A stretch of 64,000 bases of DNA from Octopus bimaculoides. Its lineage: Eukaryota. The stretch's first letter is position 1; each line of letters begins with the position of its first letter. Positions 12,471 to 25,744 of the stretch are shown here, piece by piece. The notes beneath the pieces were generated by a model, which saw nothing but the letters and a program-made list of their open reading frames with translations, was not told the DNA's origin and did no database searches. Made by a program: the position numbers and the translations under genes. Location: assembly GCF_001194135.2 (NCBI RefSeq), contig NC_068986.1:51588753-51652752 (forward strand), read 5' to 3'.

Positions 12471-13174
12471 CATGGCTGCTATCCAATGACTGAAACTAGT
12501 AAAAGAGTACGCTGTTATCTGACACGTAGCAAAAGTTTCTTAATATAATATAAATATGAACAACTTCAACACAAGAAATTTTGTATCATAAAACTAGAAG
12601 CAGACTCAGGTATACTGCTAGCTAAAAGGTTGAATATGCTAGCAGTAGAGTATGTCACATGAACAAAAAAGAGCACATAAGAGAGATAAATATGCAAACC
12701 TAAAATAAACTAGTGCCAACACCTTTACCAGTTAAAATCTTTATCTTGTCAGCTTTTCCACAGCTTTGCCTATTATATTTTTAATAACACATTCCTTTCC
12801 ATCTTAATTAGTTCTGCATATTTGGTTAGCAACACTCTAGAATAGAAAAACTATTTACCAATGCCATCAGTGCAATGTAAAAATAGGTAACACTTAAACA
12901 CATTTTTTTTACAGAGTAGTTGACATAGAATTCCAAATCTATGATATTTTGTTTATTATATTAAATCAAATTTGTTTCTAATGTGCTAAAGTCAAATTGT
13001 TTCAGTGGGCTGTGTGGTAAGAAGTTTGCTTCTCAATCACATGGTTCTAGGTTCAGTCCCACTGTGTGGCACCTTGGGCAAGTGGCTTCTATTATAAGCT
13101 TTGGGTCAATTAGAGTTCTGTGAGTGGATTTGGAATATGGAAACTGAAAGAAGCCCATTGTATATATATATATA

Positions 13175-14044
13175 TTGGGTCATCCCATAAATAATGCGGT
13201 TTTTTTATACTTTTATTTTTCAAAATTAAGATAAACAAAGTTTATTTTCTACAATGCTCTTCCAGCTATCTGGTATATTTGCAAGTCCCCTCTTCCAAAA
13301 TTCACTTGTCCGTGATGAAAAATACTCCTACAGAACTGTCCTGACCTCATCTACAGAATTCATATTTTTTCCGTCCAAATGAATTTGAAGACTGCAGAAT
13401 AAATGATAATCAGATGAAGCAATGTCTGGTGAACATGGTGGGTGGTGCATCATTTCCCATTCATACTGCTCCAGCCTTTGGAATGTCATCCTCACAACAC
13501 ATTCACTCTCTGCATGCAATTAGACTCAGAAAACTTGTGAGGAACACATTGACCCAATTTGCTGCCTTTTCTGATGGCATGCAGGTCTCAATGACCAAAT
13601 CCAAGCTTCTCTACTAGTACCTCAACAATTATGATGGGATTTTGCTCCACTAGGGTTTGCAGGATGTCCTTGTTGAGCTCTACAGATCTTCCAGGAAGAG
13701 GCTTGTCTTCTAGGCTGTAGTTTCTGGCTTGGAATTTCTAGAACCACTGTTGACACTGGCTTACACTTATTGTCCAATTCCTATATACTGCATTAATATT
13801 CCTTGCACTGTCTGTTGCGTTGTTACCTTCATTGAAGTCATAAAGCAAAATATGCCAAATATGCTCTTTTGTCACTTCCATTATAGCTTAGAAAAAATAA
13901 TTGCTAAAAAACTGCACTCTTAAAAACTTGCATTAAGAATAAGGTAAAATTAGTACCAGCTTTTATAGCACATTGATGCAGGTAGGTTATCCTGCCCCCC
14001 TCTGCATGCAATTGAAAAAGTGCATTATTTATGGGATGACCCAA
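13175..14044 (-). mobile_element. mariner element, internally deleted (870 bp), both TIRs and TA TSDs present
   Basis: TA|TTGGGTCATCCCATAAATAATGC ... TGCATTATTTATGGGATGACCCAA|TA. From the ATG at 13881: MEVTKEHIWHILLY...QCQQWF*KF...LEDKPLPGR...LGQCVPHKF, fused to the C-terminal HPPCSPDIASSDYHLF. Confidence 0.95.
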
Positions 14045-14588
14045 TATGTGTGTGTGTGTGTACAGGGTGTCCACAAAGAGTAAAAGCCCTGTCTGAAAGA
14101 AAGTAATAGCAATGAGAGAAAGGAAGGGGTGGTAAATGAATAAGGAAGGAAGGGGTGAAAAAAATCAGTGTTTCAACTCTGTGTGAGTATATGTGTGTGT
14201 GTGAGTGCACAAGGGAAATATATGAATATTTGTTTGTGTGATTATTTTGTACCTTATTTATATATAAAATACTACAATTAGTCATCATTATTGATGGCAC
14301 ATGGTCAGCTAGTACTTTATGTAACAGAACTCCAACTAAAGGCCTTGACAAAGTAGAATGACTAGTAGATGTCTTATAAGTGAAGCCAAACTGTAGACTT
14401 ATTGTTTATCTCCTAAACCAGGTGGAGTTCATTCTTTATGAGATTTGAACTACAGCTGGTTTCTTTCAGAGAGAAAGAGAGAAACAAAAGAATAATTAGC
14501 TCCAGTACTGGACTGGTACTTCATTTGCTGACTCTGAAGAGATGAAATACAAAGTTGACCTCAGTGGAAAACCAAGTAATCTCTACCC

Positions 14589-14647
<59 letters not shown>

Positions 14648-14702
14648 CTTATAGCTAGCTTCAAGTCTTTTTGATTATTAAAACCACTTTGAAATGGTCA
14701 CA

Positions 14703-14812
14703 GAGTCACTCATATTTGGAAAATAGGTCTGTTATTCACAAAGTCACTCATATTTGAAACATAGGTTTGTCATTCACAAAGTCCCTCATATTCGGAAAAT
14801 AGGTTTGTCATT
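14703..14812. repeat. 38-bp minisatellite, about 3 copies
   Basis: RAGTCACTCATATTTGGAAAATAGGTYTGTYATTCACA-like units start at 14703, 14741 and 14779, with no spacers. Confidence 0.9.
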
Positions 14813-15556
14813 ATCCAAACTACATGACTGAGTAACTTATATAGTTCCTTTCAGGTGCCAGGAAAGAATGGTGCAGAAATTATAGGTTTAAAACTACTGA
14901 AACAAAAAGGGGAAAATAAAAATAAAGGCAAAAATAGAAACAAAGGATGAAAATACACCTATCTATCCATTTTAATTTCTGTTCACCTTTCAAAGCTGAA
15001 AAAATCCAGAATGGTAAATATCATATGACAAATCTTGTGATTTTCTGCCTCTCATTCATTTTTTTCTTCTTCATATTTCCTTTTGCAAATAAAACAAATT
15101 TTGTCTTGATCAAAATCCTCAGAATCGTCATCATCATTGCTATCACCACTAACTCCAACACCATTCTCTGACATGGTTTGTATCCTTTATTTTATTTTTA
15201 ACATCTTTTAACAGTTACTTATATGACAGAATGGTGAAATTCTCCACTCCCTGAGTTTCTTTTTATAATTATTCATTTTTATCTTTTACTTGCTTCAGTC
15301 ATTAGACTGCAGCCATGTTGGGGCATTACCTTGAAGGGTTAAGTCAAACAAGTCAACCCCAACACTTTAATTTACTAAATTCTTCATTATTTTCAAAACT
15401 AATAAAAACAAAAACAGTGTATTTAAACAGTGTATTGTAGTGTCTCCCTTTGATTGATGTAAACCCAACCTGTTTTTGTGTCTTGTAAATTGTCCTTTGA
15501 TATTGTCCTCCATGTCTTGGGCCCTTGTGGCTCGTAAGAGAAATTATTATTACTGC

Positions 15557-15589
<33 letters not shown>

Positions 15590-18080
15590 AAATTCTTTTC
15601 CTCTACTAGTTTCAGAGGCTCTACAGAAATGTCATAGGCAGTGCTCTTTTCCCTCAAATTCAAATAAGCCATAAGAAAAAAGATAAACGCTAATAAAAAA
15701 AAGAAGCTAGAACCAGTGGATGGGAAACATAATTAATAAACAGTTTGCTACAATACAACCTTACAGAATTACAAGTTTAATTAATACTGACTAGTAAGAT
15801 ACATGGAATTTCCATATTTTATAAATGTTATTCTATTTTCATGCATAAATTTAGACTGTATAATATGATCTTGATATCATGAGACTCCTACTTTTTGTAA
15901 CTAATAATCATTAATATCCATTTATCTTTTCTTTTTATAACTCAGGTGTAATACTACCCACTCCACCATTCACTGTAATCCTCATGTTTTGTATCAAATT
16001 TCTCACATTATACATTGATAAATATGGTAGAACTGCATAATATTGTTTCATTATGTTAAAGATTGTCATTATGTCTTCAGTTTGGTTGGTTAAGGTTAAG
16101 GTGGTTTAAAGCAAAACTCTAAAAAAACTTATTCTTTACATTCAAGATTTTGTTTATGTCTCATTTTGTTCCATATTAAAAGTTGTTTATAGTGAATTGC
16201 TCAAGGGTGTTTTGTGAAGCTAATGTTTAGTGTTTTTCATTTCATTCCAAAGTTGAGGTTGTTAACAACCAGACGCTTGAACATGTATTGTAAGGAGTAG
16301 CGTACTATTAGAGATTTGAAACATTCTATCACATACAATTTGATTTCTAGCTTCTTTGAAAGGTGAATTAGATTTAAATCAATAAACATAAAACATACAA
16401 AAGATTATACATATATATATATATATATACTGTTTTATTACTGTTCATTTTATGAGCAGTTCAAGTCACTAACTATATTGATTTAAGGAAATGTGAATAA
16501 CAAGGAAAGATTTAGTGATCAACTAGAACCAATAAACTTGATCATTTTTTAGAAAAGGAGAATTGAAAAGTTTCTTTCTTTTTTATACCATCTCTTGCAA
16601 GGTTTACAGGGACTTCAAAAGCAATGTGCAGACAACACATAGCAAAGCTACAGCTTTCTTCCAGTACCAGAAGCCTATGTAATCCTCAATATTTTTTAAA
16701 CAATTATTAACGTGCAAGTTGAAATAATTATGAATGTTTTGTTTATATGCCCTCACCAATGATGAATCTAGTAGAGTTGTATAAACTCTTGACAATGTGG
16801 TCAATAGATCAGCAATCTAAATATATAATCCCAATCTAGATTAATGATATTAAAAGTCCCAGATGACAGGACCTTTTATACACATATATTTATCCAATGT
16901 GAAAGAGGATCCCAAACAAATATGGATAGTCATATGTACTTTCAAATACAGTGATTAGTTACAAAAACTGAAACCTACTTTCAAAACAATGCATTGTACC
17001 GGGTGTAATTTTATATGAAACTAATGAAAAGAAAATCAGATGACATTGATTGATTATTGTAAAATTAGGGGAGGAGGATGTTACATATTGGATAGTGTCA
17101 GATGAAGAGAATCTCGAGTTTCCTACAAGTAACAGGTGTGCCGATTCAGAAGTTGCTAAGCATAAAGTTCCAGCAATTCAGATAGGATCTGCGTATTGCA
17201 GAAAAAGATTTCATAAAATCCTTTTGTTTTATTATTTATCAATTCCATTAGCAGCTAGCTTTTCACAATGACTTTAGAACAGTGCGTGTATTAAGTCTAT
17301 CATGGAAAAACAAACAAATGCAAAAACCTGAATATTAAAAGCAAACTAACTGAATGCTGCTAAGTCTGAATAATTAGTGAGAACAGTACGTAACAGGTCA
17401 CTGAGGCAACAAATTATGTAATGTAGAGGTAACATTATTCAGTTGCATTCAATCAGATAAATGAATAAAGTCCAAAAGACACCTACTTACATAGCTAACT
17501 GACCACTGAGACACTGTGGATGAATTTACTTTACTCTCTCTCTCCTCTCCTATCAGCTTTGACATACGAGTCTCTAACAGCCAATATTATAGCCATTAGA
17601 CTATGTACACAGATGATTTGTTTTCAGTAGCAAAGCCTTGTGTAGGACTAGCTACAAGTTTTAGGAAAGCTGTTAGCAAAAAGTTGGTGCAAATATTTGC
17701 CACAAACTCAATGAACATCATATCTTAGGCTTTTCAATTAGAGCTCTCCAGCTCATAGATAAGTTGCCTTCGCCATAGCTTAAGGTTCTACCAACTCCAA
17801 CATGTTAAATTTGAAACGGATGCCAAACCAGAAATTGTTATGTACAAGCACATATATGTATTTCATGTAGTTGAATGGTCATTGACTCTCATGATTTCAT
17901 CTGCCCTTCAATTATGTCAGCTTGGACTGGAATTTCTGTAAATTTTAAATGTTTTGTTAGGAGGTTGATGATTAAGTTTTTTTATTTTTGTAACTATAAA
18001 AATTAATAATAATTAGATGATAATCTTTACCAAATATTCAGATATTATTTACCAACATTTCAAGACAGCAACAATATTCA

Positions 18081-18420
18081 GTCAGAGACGAGCACAGCAA
18101 GAGGTTTCACCAGCACATTCTGTACATAGAAACCTGGTACCAAGGAAAGTGGAGCTCTTCTATGTTGGCTGATTATTGTTGGTCACTAAAAGGGACATTC
18201 CAGAAGCTAAATATAGTCAAAAATCATATGCCTCCCCATTTTAAAGGTAAGTTTCCTTGTAATATCAGCTTGATTTTTGAACTCATGAAATACGATTATT
18301 TAACAATTTACATATACTATCAGAGAAAACCTGTGACTTATATAAAATATCTGAAAACACACTTGAATTCTGCAGATAAAATGCTATTAAGTTCACCTAC
18401 TTTTATTTGTGTAACAGAAT
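18081..18420 (+). mobile_element. DNA transposon 3' remnant, Chapaev3-like transposase C-terminus
   Basis: VRDEHSKRFHQHILYIETWYQGKWSSSMLADYCWSLK (frameshift) DIPEAKYSQKS* matches the SDEHGERFHQDI...RYQGKW...MLADYCW motif, which I associate with Chapaev3 (CMC superfamily). The superfamily name is less certain than the transposase homology. Confidence 0.7.
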
Positions 18421-18811
18421 TTTTCATTAATTCTGTTGACCAATTATAATTGTAAGTCTTATTTCTGCATTAATATAGTACATTTATTGTATAATTTAAT
18501 TATTCTGTTACATATAAACCATAACTGATAGAAAAATTCTAAAAAAAAGATTTGAAATCTGCATTAAAAATACTATAAAGTTCACTTTCTTTAGTCCATG
18601 GGACAGCAAAAAGTTTGAATTTTATTGACTAGTGTTATTGTTATAAATATCATTATAATAAACATTTAGTTGTCCATAATAAAAGTTTTCCTTCTGCATA
18701 AATTCCTAATTAATGAAAAATCTAAAATTATGCAATAAGTACATGCCTGGCAGTTTGAAGTTCATTTCACAACTACATGGTTCAGTGTTCAATCACATTG
18801 CATGGAACCTT

Positions 18812-18948
18812 TGAGACTTTGGTGATGTGACTGCTTAGTTTTAGAATGTCAATGTAGAAATAGATATGAAATGGATCTGGCCAGTTTGAACATAAAGTTG
18901 GAAAAATATTTGATCTAGATATGACCAATTTAAATGCTAAAGGGTTAA
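18812..18948. mobile_element. Partial piggyBac-type MITE (CCCTTTAGCATT-TIR family)
   Basis: Ends ...TTTAAATGCTAAAGGG|TTAA and is homologous to 58522-58742. Confidence 0.75.
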
Positions 18949-20094
18949 AGAGTAGAAAGTCAAGTAGATATTATTAAACTAAGAAGATTGATAATAGAAG
19001 CTTTAGCAAAGTCTTCAACTGTCTATATTGCATAGAAAAGTTCTTTACCAATCATGAAGTTTCATAGTAGTTATATTTGCAGTAAAGTCCTCTTTATTAT
19101 CAATTCTCTAGAGTCAATAATACAAAAATATCTGTATTTACTGTGACATATGGTATCATAAATAATTTATAATTGTCTTTTTCACAAATCTTTTGATATT
19201 TTCTGGATATAATCTTGAATAATTTCAAAACTTATTGCCTAAATTATTACAGTATGACTTACAAATGTGTCTTTAAAAGATAAATAAATATACGAATAAA
19301 GATACAATTACAAATTGAATTAACAGAGTATATCTGATTGTTAGCACTGCTTCTTGACTTAATAAGCAACAGAAAGATATCCTTTGTGACAATGAAATAT
19401 ATCACTATTACTATAACAAATCACTGTCATCATCAACATTCAATGCCTATTTTCTATGCTGGTATGGGTTAGACAGTTTGACAGGAATTGACGAGGCCAG
19501 GGTCCACACCAAGTTCCATAGTCTGTTTTGGTTTGGTTTCTATGGCTGGATGCCCTTCCTAATGCCAACCACTGTACAGAGTGTACAGGATGCTTTTTAC
19601 ATGGCACCATCACTAGTGCTTTTTATGGTGCACCAACACCTTTTTCATGGCACCAGCACCCACACCAATGTTTTTTATGTGGCACGTTGGTTTTAGGATC
19701 TCAATTCTGTTGTGTGGCAGGAGTATTTTTTCGAATACAACAATGTGCCACATATCTTGGTTCATTGTGTTACATAAAAATATGAATGGAATTATAATGA
19801 AACTAAGTTGCAGAAAAATTATAACACCTATAATTTTTTTTTAAATGGGTATGTAATCAAATATCTAATAATTGAAATGGTCCGTTTCATTTGTGAATAA
19901 ATAGGTGACATTTATTTGTTCCCAAAAGGATGTATTTTTTATTTTCTAACTATATGAATTATAGATAGTAGCATGAGTTAGATTCTTCAACAACCATTGA
20001 TATTTAGATGAATGTAAATTAAGTAAGCAAACTGATGCTTTAAATGCCTTTCCAAATATCAACATTGTACATCAACTAAAGTTCTAAAACAATG

Positions 20095-20290
20095 GTTTTA
20101 AATTTTGGCACACGACCAGCAATTTTAGGGAGAAAGGGTTAATTGATATCATTGACCCCAGTACTCAACTGGTACTTTATTATATCGACCCCTTTGAAGG
20201 ATGAAAGGCAAATCAGACTTCAATGGCATTTGAAATTAGAACATAAATAGTCAGAAGAAATATCCCAAAGTATTCTGCTACCAATTCCTC
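20095..20290 (-). mobile_element. Meta-like tRNA SINE
   Basis: ACCCCAGTACTCAACTGGTACTTT...TCGACCCC...GGATGAAAGGCAAA, same family as 4765-5205. Confidence 0.75.
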
Positions 20291-20316
20291 CTGCTCAAAT
20301 AATGTTTGTTTGCATT

Positions 20317-20356
<40 letters not shown>

Positions 20357-20601
20357 NNNNNNNNNNNNNNNNNNNNNNNNNNNNNNNNNNNNNNNNNNNN
20401 NNNNNNNNNNNNNNNNNNNNNNNNNNNNNNNNNNNNNNNNNNNNNNNNNNNNNNNNNNNNNNNNNNNNNNNNNNNNNNNNNNNNNNNNNNNNNNNNNNNN
20501 NNNNNNNNNNNNNNNNNNNNNNNNNNNNNNNNNNNNNNNNNNNNNNNNNNNNNNNNNNNNNNNNNNNNNNNNNNNNNNNNNNNNNNNNNNNNNNNNNNNN
20601 N
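20357..20601. other. Assembly gap
   Basis: Run of N after (TA)n. Confidence 1.
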
Positions 20602-20735
20602 GTCCAACAATTGATTTCTTATTGATTTAAAAAATTTTTATTTCCATATTCATTGTGGTCATAAGTGAGGATGGTCGTAAATCACATAGGTTGTCAGTTG
20701 AGGAGAAGGTGTTTGTGTGTGTGTGTGTTTGTGTG

Positions 20736-20771
<36 letters not shown>

Positions 20772-21600
20772 GCGAGAGAGTTAGGGGTTGAGGATTCAAC
20801 CCATTAAGGGATAGTATCTATCCAATATACTGCTGGGAGGGTACCCAATTATTGTTACACTAGTGTTTATATATGTAAAATAGTGAAGGCTAGATGTAAT
20901 ATAAAACCAAAAAGGAAAGATTCAATTGTCACTAATAGTGACTGAGGGTACAGGGTGGCAACTACATTGCTAGAAACAAGAGTCAAAGACCCTTATAGTC
21001 ACAAATAGCACATTATCTATGTACTAACATATACTGAAACTTCACTGAAAATCTAATATAAACATTTTCTTAGAGTTAATTTACAGACAAATTTTACTTT
21101 TCAAGGACTTTTGTCCCTTTGAATAATTAGAAAAAAACAAAAAACAATGATCTTTAGGTTTTATACCAATTAATGACCAACTAAAATTTAGATATCTGGA
21201 TTAATAAAAAAAGATATCTGGGATAAGTAACTAAGTTCATTCAATAATCATACCACTTCAAATACTGTCCCATTCTCTCTGAGCCAGACTCAGCTGAGTC
21301 CAGATTTTGTGATGAGGAGAGTAGTTACATTATGGCCCTAAAAGAGCTAAATATTACTCAGTATATATATATCCTTCAAGGGATCAATAACATAGAATAC
21401 CAGTCAAATACTGGGATAAATCCAATCAGCTGACTATTATTCCTCCAGAAACAAAAATTACATAGTTCCTTCCTTATTCAAATAATTTTTAAAAATTATC
21501 TTACCAAGCAATAGTAATTGAAATTAAATAAGCCTATTTATTTATAAAACATCACAAAAAAAAAAAAATTGTTGATAGTATGTGAATTTAGGTTGTAAGA

Positions 21601-21651
<51 letters not shown>

Positions 21652-21709
21652 TCAGTAAATAGTGGGGTTGTGTTAACCGCACTTGGAGAAATAATAGGAN
21701 NNNNNNNNN

Positions 21710-22228
21710 AAATGAAAAAAAATAATATATAAAAAAATAAATATACCAATATATTATATTGTCTTTGAGCTTTTAAAGTTCAATGGTAATCCATGTAGAT
21801 AATAGTTGGAAAAATAAGGATGCATGAAAATTGAGAGTTGTGTTAGGTTTAAAAAAGGAGCTAAAGGTTTATGTGTTAAGCTGGAAGTGTGGTGTCAAAA
21901 CAGGAAGTGTATGTAAGGGGAGACAAATCCCTTTTAGTTGGAGTGACCTTATTTCTCTAGGAACAGACAAACTTCCTGTTGACAAAGAGTCCATAACTCC
22001 AACTAAAGAGATTTGTCTCCCCTTACACACACTTCTTGTTTTGACACCACACTTCCTGCTTAACACAAACCTTTAGCTCCTTTTTTTTAAACCTAACACA
22101 GCACTCAATTTTCATGCATCCTTATTTTTCCAACTATTATCTACATGGATTACCATTGAACTTTAAAAGCTCAAAGACAATATAATGTATTGGTATATTT
22201 ATTTTTTTATATATTATTTTTTTCATTT
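21710..22228. repeat. Large palindrome / foldback element (~235-bp arms, ~47-bp spacer)
   Basis: 21710-~21946 is the near-perfect reverse complement of ~21994-22228, with a few substitutions and indels. The left arm starts at the 10-N gap at 21700-21709. Confidence 0.93.
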
Positions 22229-22736
22229 TTTACTTTTTTGTAAAAAACATTTTCATTCTCCCTCTTCTTGAAAATTTGCCATGCAAATATATATATATAT
22301 GGATTTTTTAAGATGTAAGTTGTATTTCAAGGGAGGTTTCACTGCTAATTTGGGTAGGTTGAGTGACCATGTCGATGCCGCAATCTTTAGATTATAGGAT
22401 CACATAAGTAAGTCACTTAGATTAGTAGTTAGTACTATAATGGTAATTAATTTTGTGAATGCTCTCTTTCTCTCAGAACATCTGTTCATGCAGAATGGCT
22501 CACACACATACATACATACATGCAATTAATTACATACACACACTTTCAAACTTACTTAAAATGGGTTAAGTAAAATATAAACACTAAAAGTAAATACGCT
22601 TACTTGCTAAAATCTCATTTTACAGATCATATAATGTATAGCTGAATTTTAACAACAATGCAAAAACAATACAGACCTAGAAGGAATATAGTGAATTAGA
22701 ACAAAGACCCCAGCTAGGATCAATAATGCAAATACA

Positions 22737-22806
<70 letters not shown>

Positions 22807-22920
22807 CACGCACACATACACAGAGTTGTTTTTTCATGGCACCAGCCCTGGCGAGGTAACCAAGTATCTGCAAGACAAGACTTCTTTGATTGAGCAATAT
22901 GAAAGTATGATATATTTTAT

Positions 22921-22961
<41 letters not shown>

Positions 22962-23907
22962 CAAAACTTCAATGATATACATAGATAATCAGTCTAGATC
23001 ATTTCATTTTATCCTACCATACCTGCTACTACTTCTACCATCAGCAATAGCAAGCAGATTAGAAGATTATCTCAGTGTTACAGTCTAAGCTTAACATAAC
23101 AGCTCTAATTGTACATTCGTAGTTTTTCTTTGATAATCATGCAGGCATGACTGTGTAATTAAGAAGTTCACTTCATAATCATATGGTGCCAGGTTCAATC
23201 CCATCATGCAATACTTTGGCCAAGTATCTTCATGTCAACCCAAACACTTGTGAAGAAAAAAACATGTAAATATAAACTGTACAGAAATCTGCTACATGGA
23301 ATATACCTGCTCTCATCTGATAGACTTAATCTATTGCCTGGTCAACACAAACATCAAAGCCCCTGATTCCCCTTTGCTGTGTCAATTCATTTGCAACATT
23401 TGCACTGAATCTCCTTACAGCAGTTAAGTTTTCTGCTGGGTTTTTCCCCACCAAAACTCTTAGAGGCTATGCAAGACAACTCAAAAGTAATGTACTTACT
23501 CTTCTGATTAACAAAAGAAAAGCCAACGTCTGGTTGTTCTATGTATGTGCTCATATGTTATATACCTCTTTTCTCTGGAAATATTTACCAAGGGATTGAG
23601 CTCTTGTGACAGTGAGTTGGAAGAAAGCAACTGCTAGAGAAGGGGAGAATGTTAATCAACTGAAAATCTTTCAGTCTTTGCTTTTTCTTTATTCACAAGT
23701 ATATATGTATATATATTCAAGGAATTTTATCTGTTTATTTGGATCATTGTCTCCATATTTGCTCACTTGGATTCCCTTTACAGCCACTTGTTACCCAGCT
23801 GACATGGTCCTTGGTAAATATTTTGGAGTGTAAGTTCAAATCTTTTGAGTGCTACTGTTTTCTATATGGAGATTCTCTTGATCTCATCTGTTAACTCTCT
23901 CTCTCTC

Positions 23908-23941
<34 letters not shown>

Positions 23942-24382
23942 NNNNNNNNNNNNNNNNNNNNNNNNNNNNNNNNNNNNNNNNNNNNNNNNNNNNNNNNNNN
24001 NNNNNNNNNNNNNNNNNNNNNNNNNNNNNNNNNNNNNNNNNNNNNNNNNNNNNNNNNNNNNNNNNNNNNNNNNNNNNNNNNNNNNNNNNNNNNNNNNNNN
24101 NNNNNNNNNNNNNNNNNNNNNNNNNNNNNNNNNNNNNNNNNNNNNNNNNNNNNNNNNNNNNNNNNNNNNNNNNNNNNNNNNNNNNNNNNNNNNNNNNNNN
24201 NNNNNNNNNNNNNNNNNNNNNNNNNNNNNNNNNNNNNNNNNNNNNNNNNNNNNNNNNNNNNNNNNNNNNNNNNNNNNNNNNNNNNNNNNNNNNNNNNNNN
24301 NNNNNNNNNNNNNNNNNNNNNNNNNNNNNNNNNNNNNNNNNNNNNNNNNNNNNNNNNNNNNNNNNNNNNNNNNNNNNNNNNN
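23942..24382. other. Assembly gap
   Basis: Run of N after (TA)n. Confidence 1.
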
Positions 24383-24655
24383 TACAAGTGGAACCTCAGA
24401 AGTGGTAAAATCCAAGTGAGGTGTATACTGCTGGCTAATCTTCAGGTCAAGGATATCTTGTATTCTTTTTTGCACACTCAACAACCCTGGTTGCCTACCG
24501 AAGAATATAAAAAGAACCTTTTTGCAGCTCATCGTTCTTTGACAAAAGGAAAAAAAAAATTCACAACTTTCCATCTCAATAAACCACTATTGTTCCAGAA
24601 AGTTATTTTTTTCTAATAACTACAGATTACTCAAAACTAACTTTCTTCCTACACC

Positions 24656-24696
<41 letters not shown>

Positions 24697-25292
24697 TATA
24701 TATATATGTGTGTATTTATATATATTACACAAATATTGCTATTTAAATTTGTATACTATACACACACACACACACACAGAAGCATACTTGTACACATGCA
24801 CACTGAATAAGTACTTGTTCATCTACTGCAACATGAGCCAAGTTATTTGAAATTCAGCATATGTTAATATGCTGTTTACCTTGGGCAACATTTCAACGTA
24901 AATCCAGCAGGTTAATAAATTCATCATGTCTAGTTAATTGCACAGTTTGGGTAGAGAGCCAAACATGTATCTTAGTTCAGTGCTTTGTAGTACTGAGTTC
25001 AATTTTCATCCAGAGCCAAAATTTGAAGTGCTAATAACATACTGGCACTTGTACACTGACATCTTGTTTGTAAAACTCTTCTAGTAACTGTTATTGTAGT
25101 AGCAAGCACTTAATATAACCACATATTTAATGAATGGAAATCTTACACAAAATTTTATTCTCAGTCTGAATAACAATGTTCACTTTTCGTTGAAAAATTT
25201 ATTGCTTGCGAGAAAATCTTGAACACAACAAATTCATTTGCTTATTCTATAATTCTACAGTCATGCATTTATAGAAAAAAAAAAAAAACCTT

Positions 25293-25338
<46 letters not shown>

Positions 25339-25744
25339 TGAAATATTTAATTGAACCGTTTTGTAGACTCCTTATGTTTCAATATAGTCAAGATATTAGG
25401 AGAGGTTTAGTAAAATATTTATAACCTTTTATAGTGATACACTATACTGTGGTTGACTAGCTGAAATCCTTGTGATGAGATTTTTATAAAAATATTAATT
25501 TGAATATGTACATGTTGTTTAGTATGGACAGTATCACACAAGGTTAGTATTAAATGATTTAAGATATTCTTTAGAAGATCTTTAAGAAATAAAAAAAATG
25601 TGCTTTTCTGCAAATTATTTCTTTCAAAACAAAAACTGTTATACAAAGTTACAAAGTGATGAATGTTCTATGATATTAGTCAACACAGCAAAGTGAAAGA
25701 TTATTCGGAAGAGCAAAGTATTAAAATGTAAAAGTTTGTCTCAC

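Noticed and set aside
14703-14812. 38-bp repeats as a CRISPR array
   Set aside because: Units are contiguous with no unique spacers, the context is eukaryotic, and there are no cas genes.
16604-17271. ORFs of 66-73 aa in unique sequence
   Set aside because: No recognisable motifs or consistent splice sites on either strand.
18240-18256. Plus-strand AAAG|GTAAGT donor suggesting a host exon
   Set aside because: It lies just after the stop codon of the transposase remnant and is explained by the TE.
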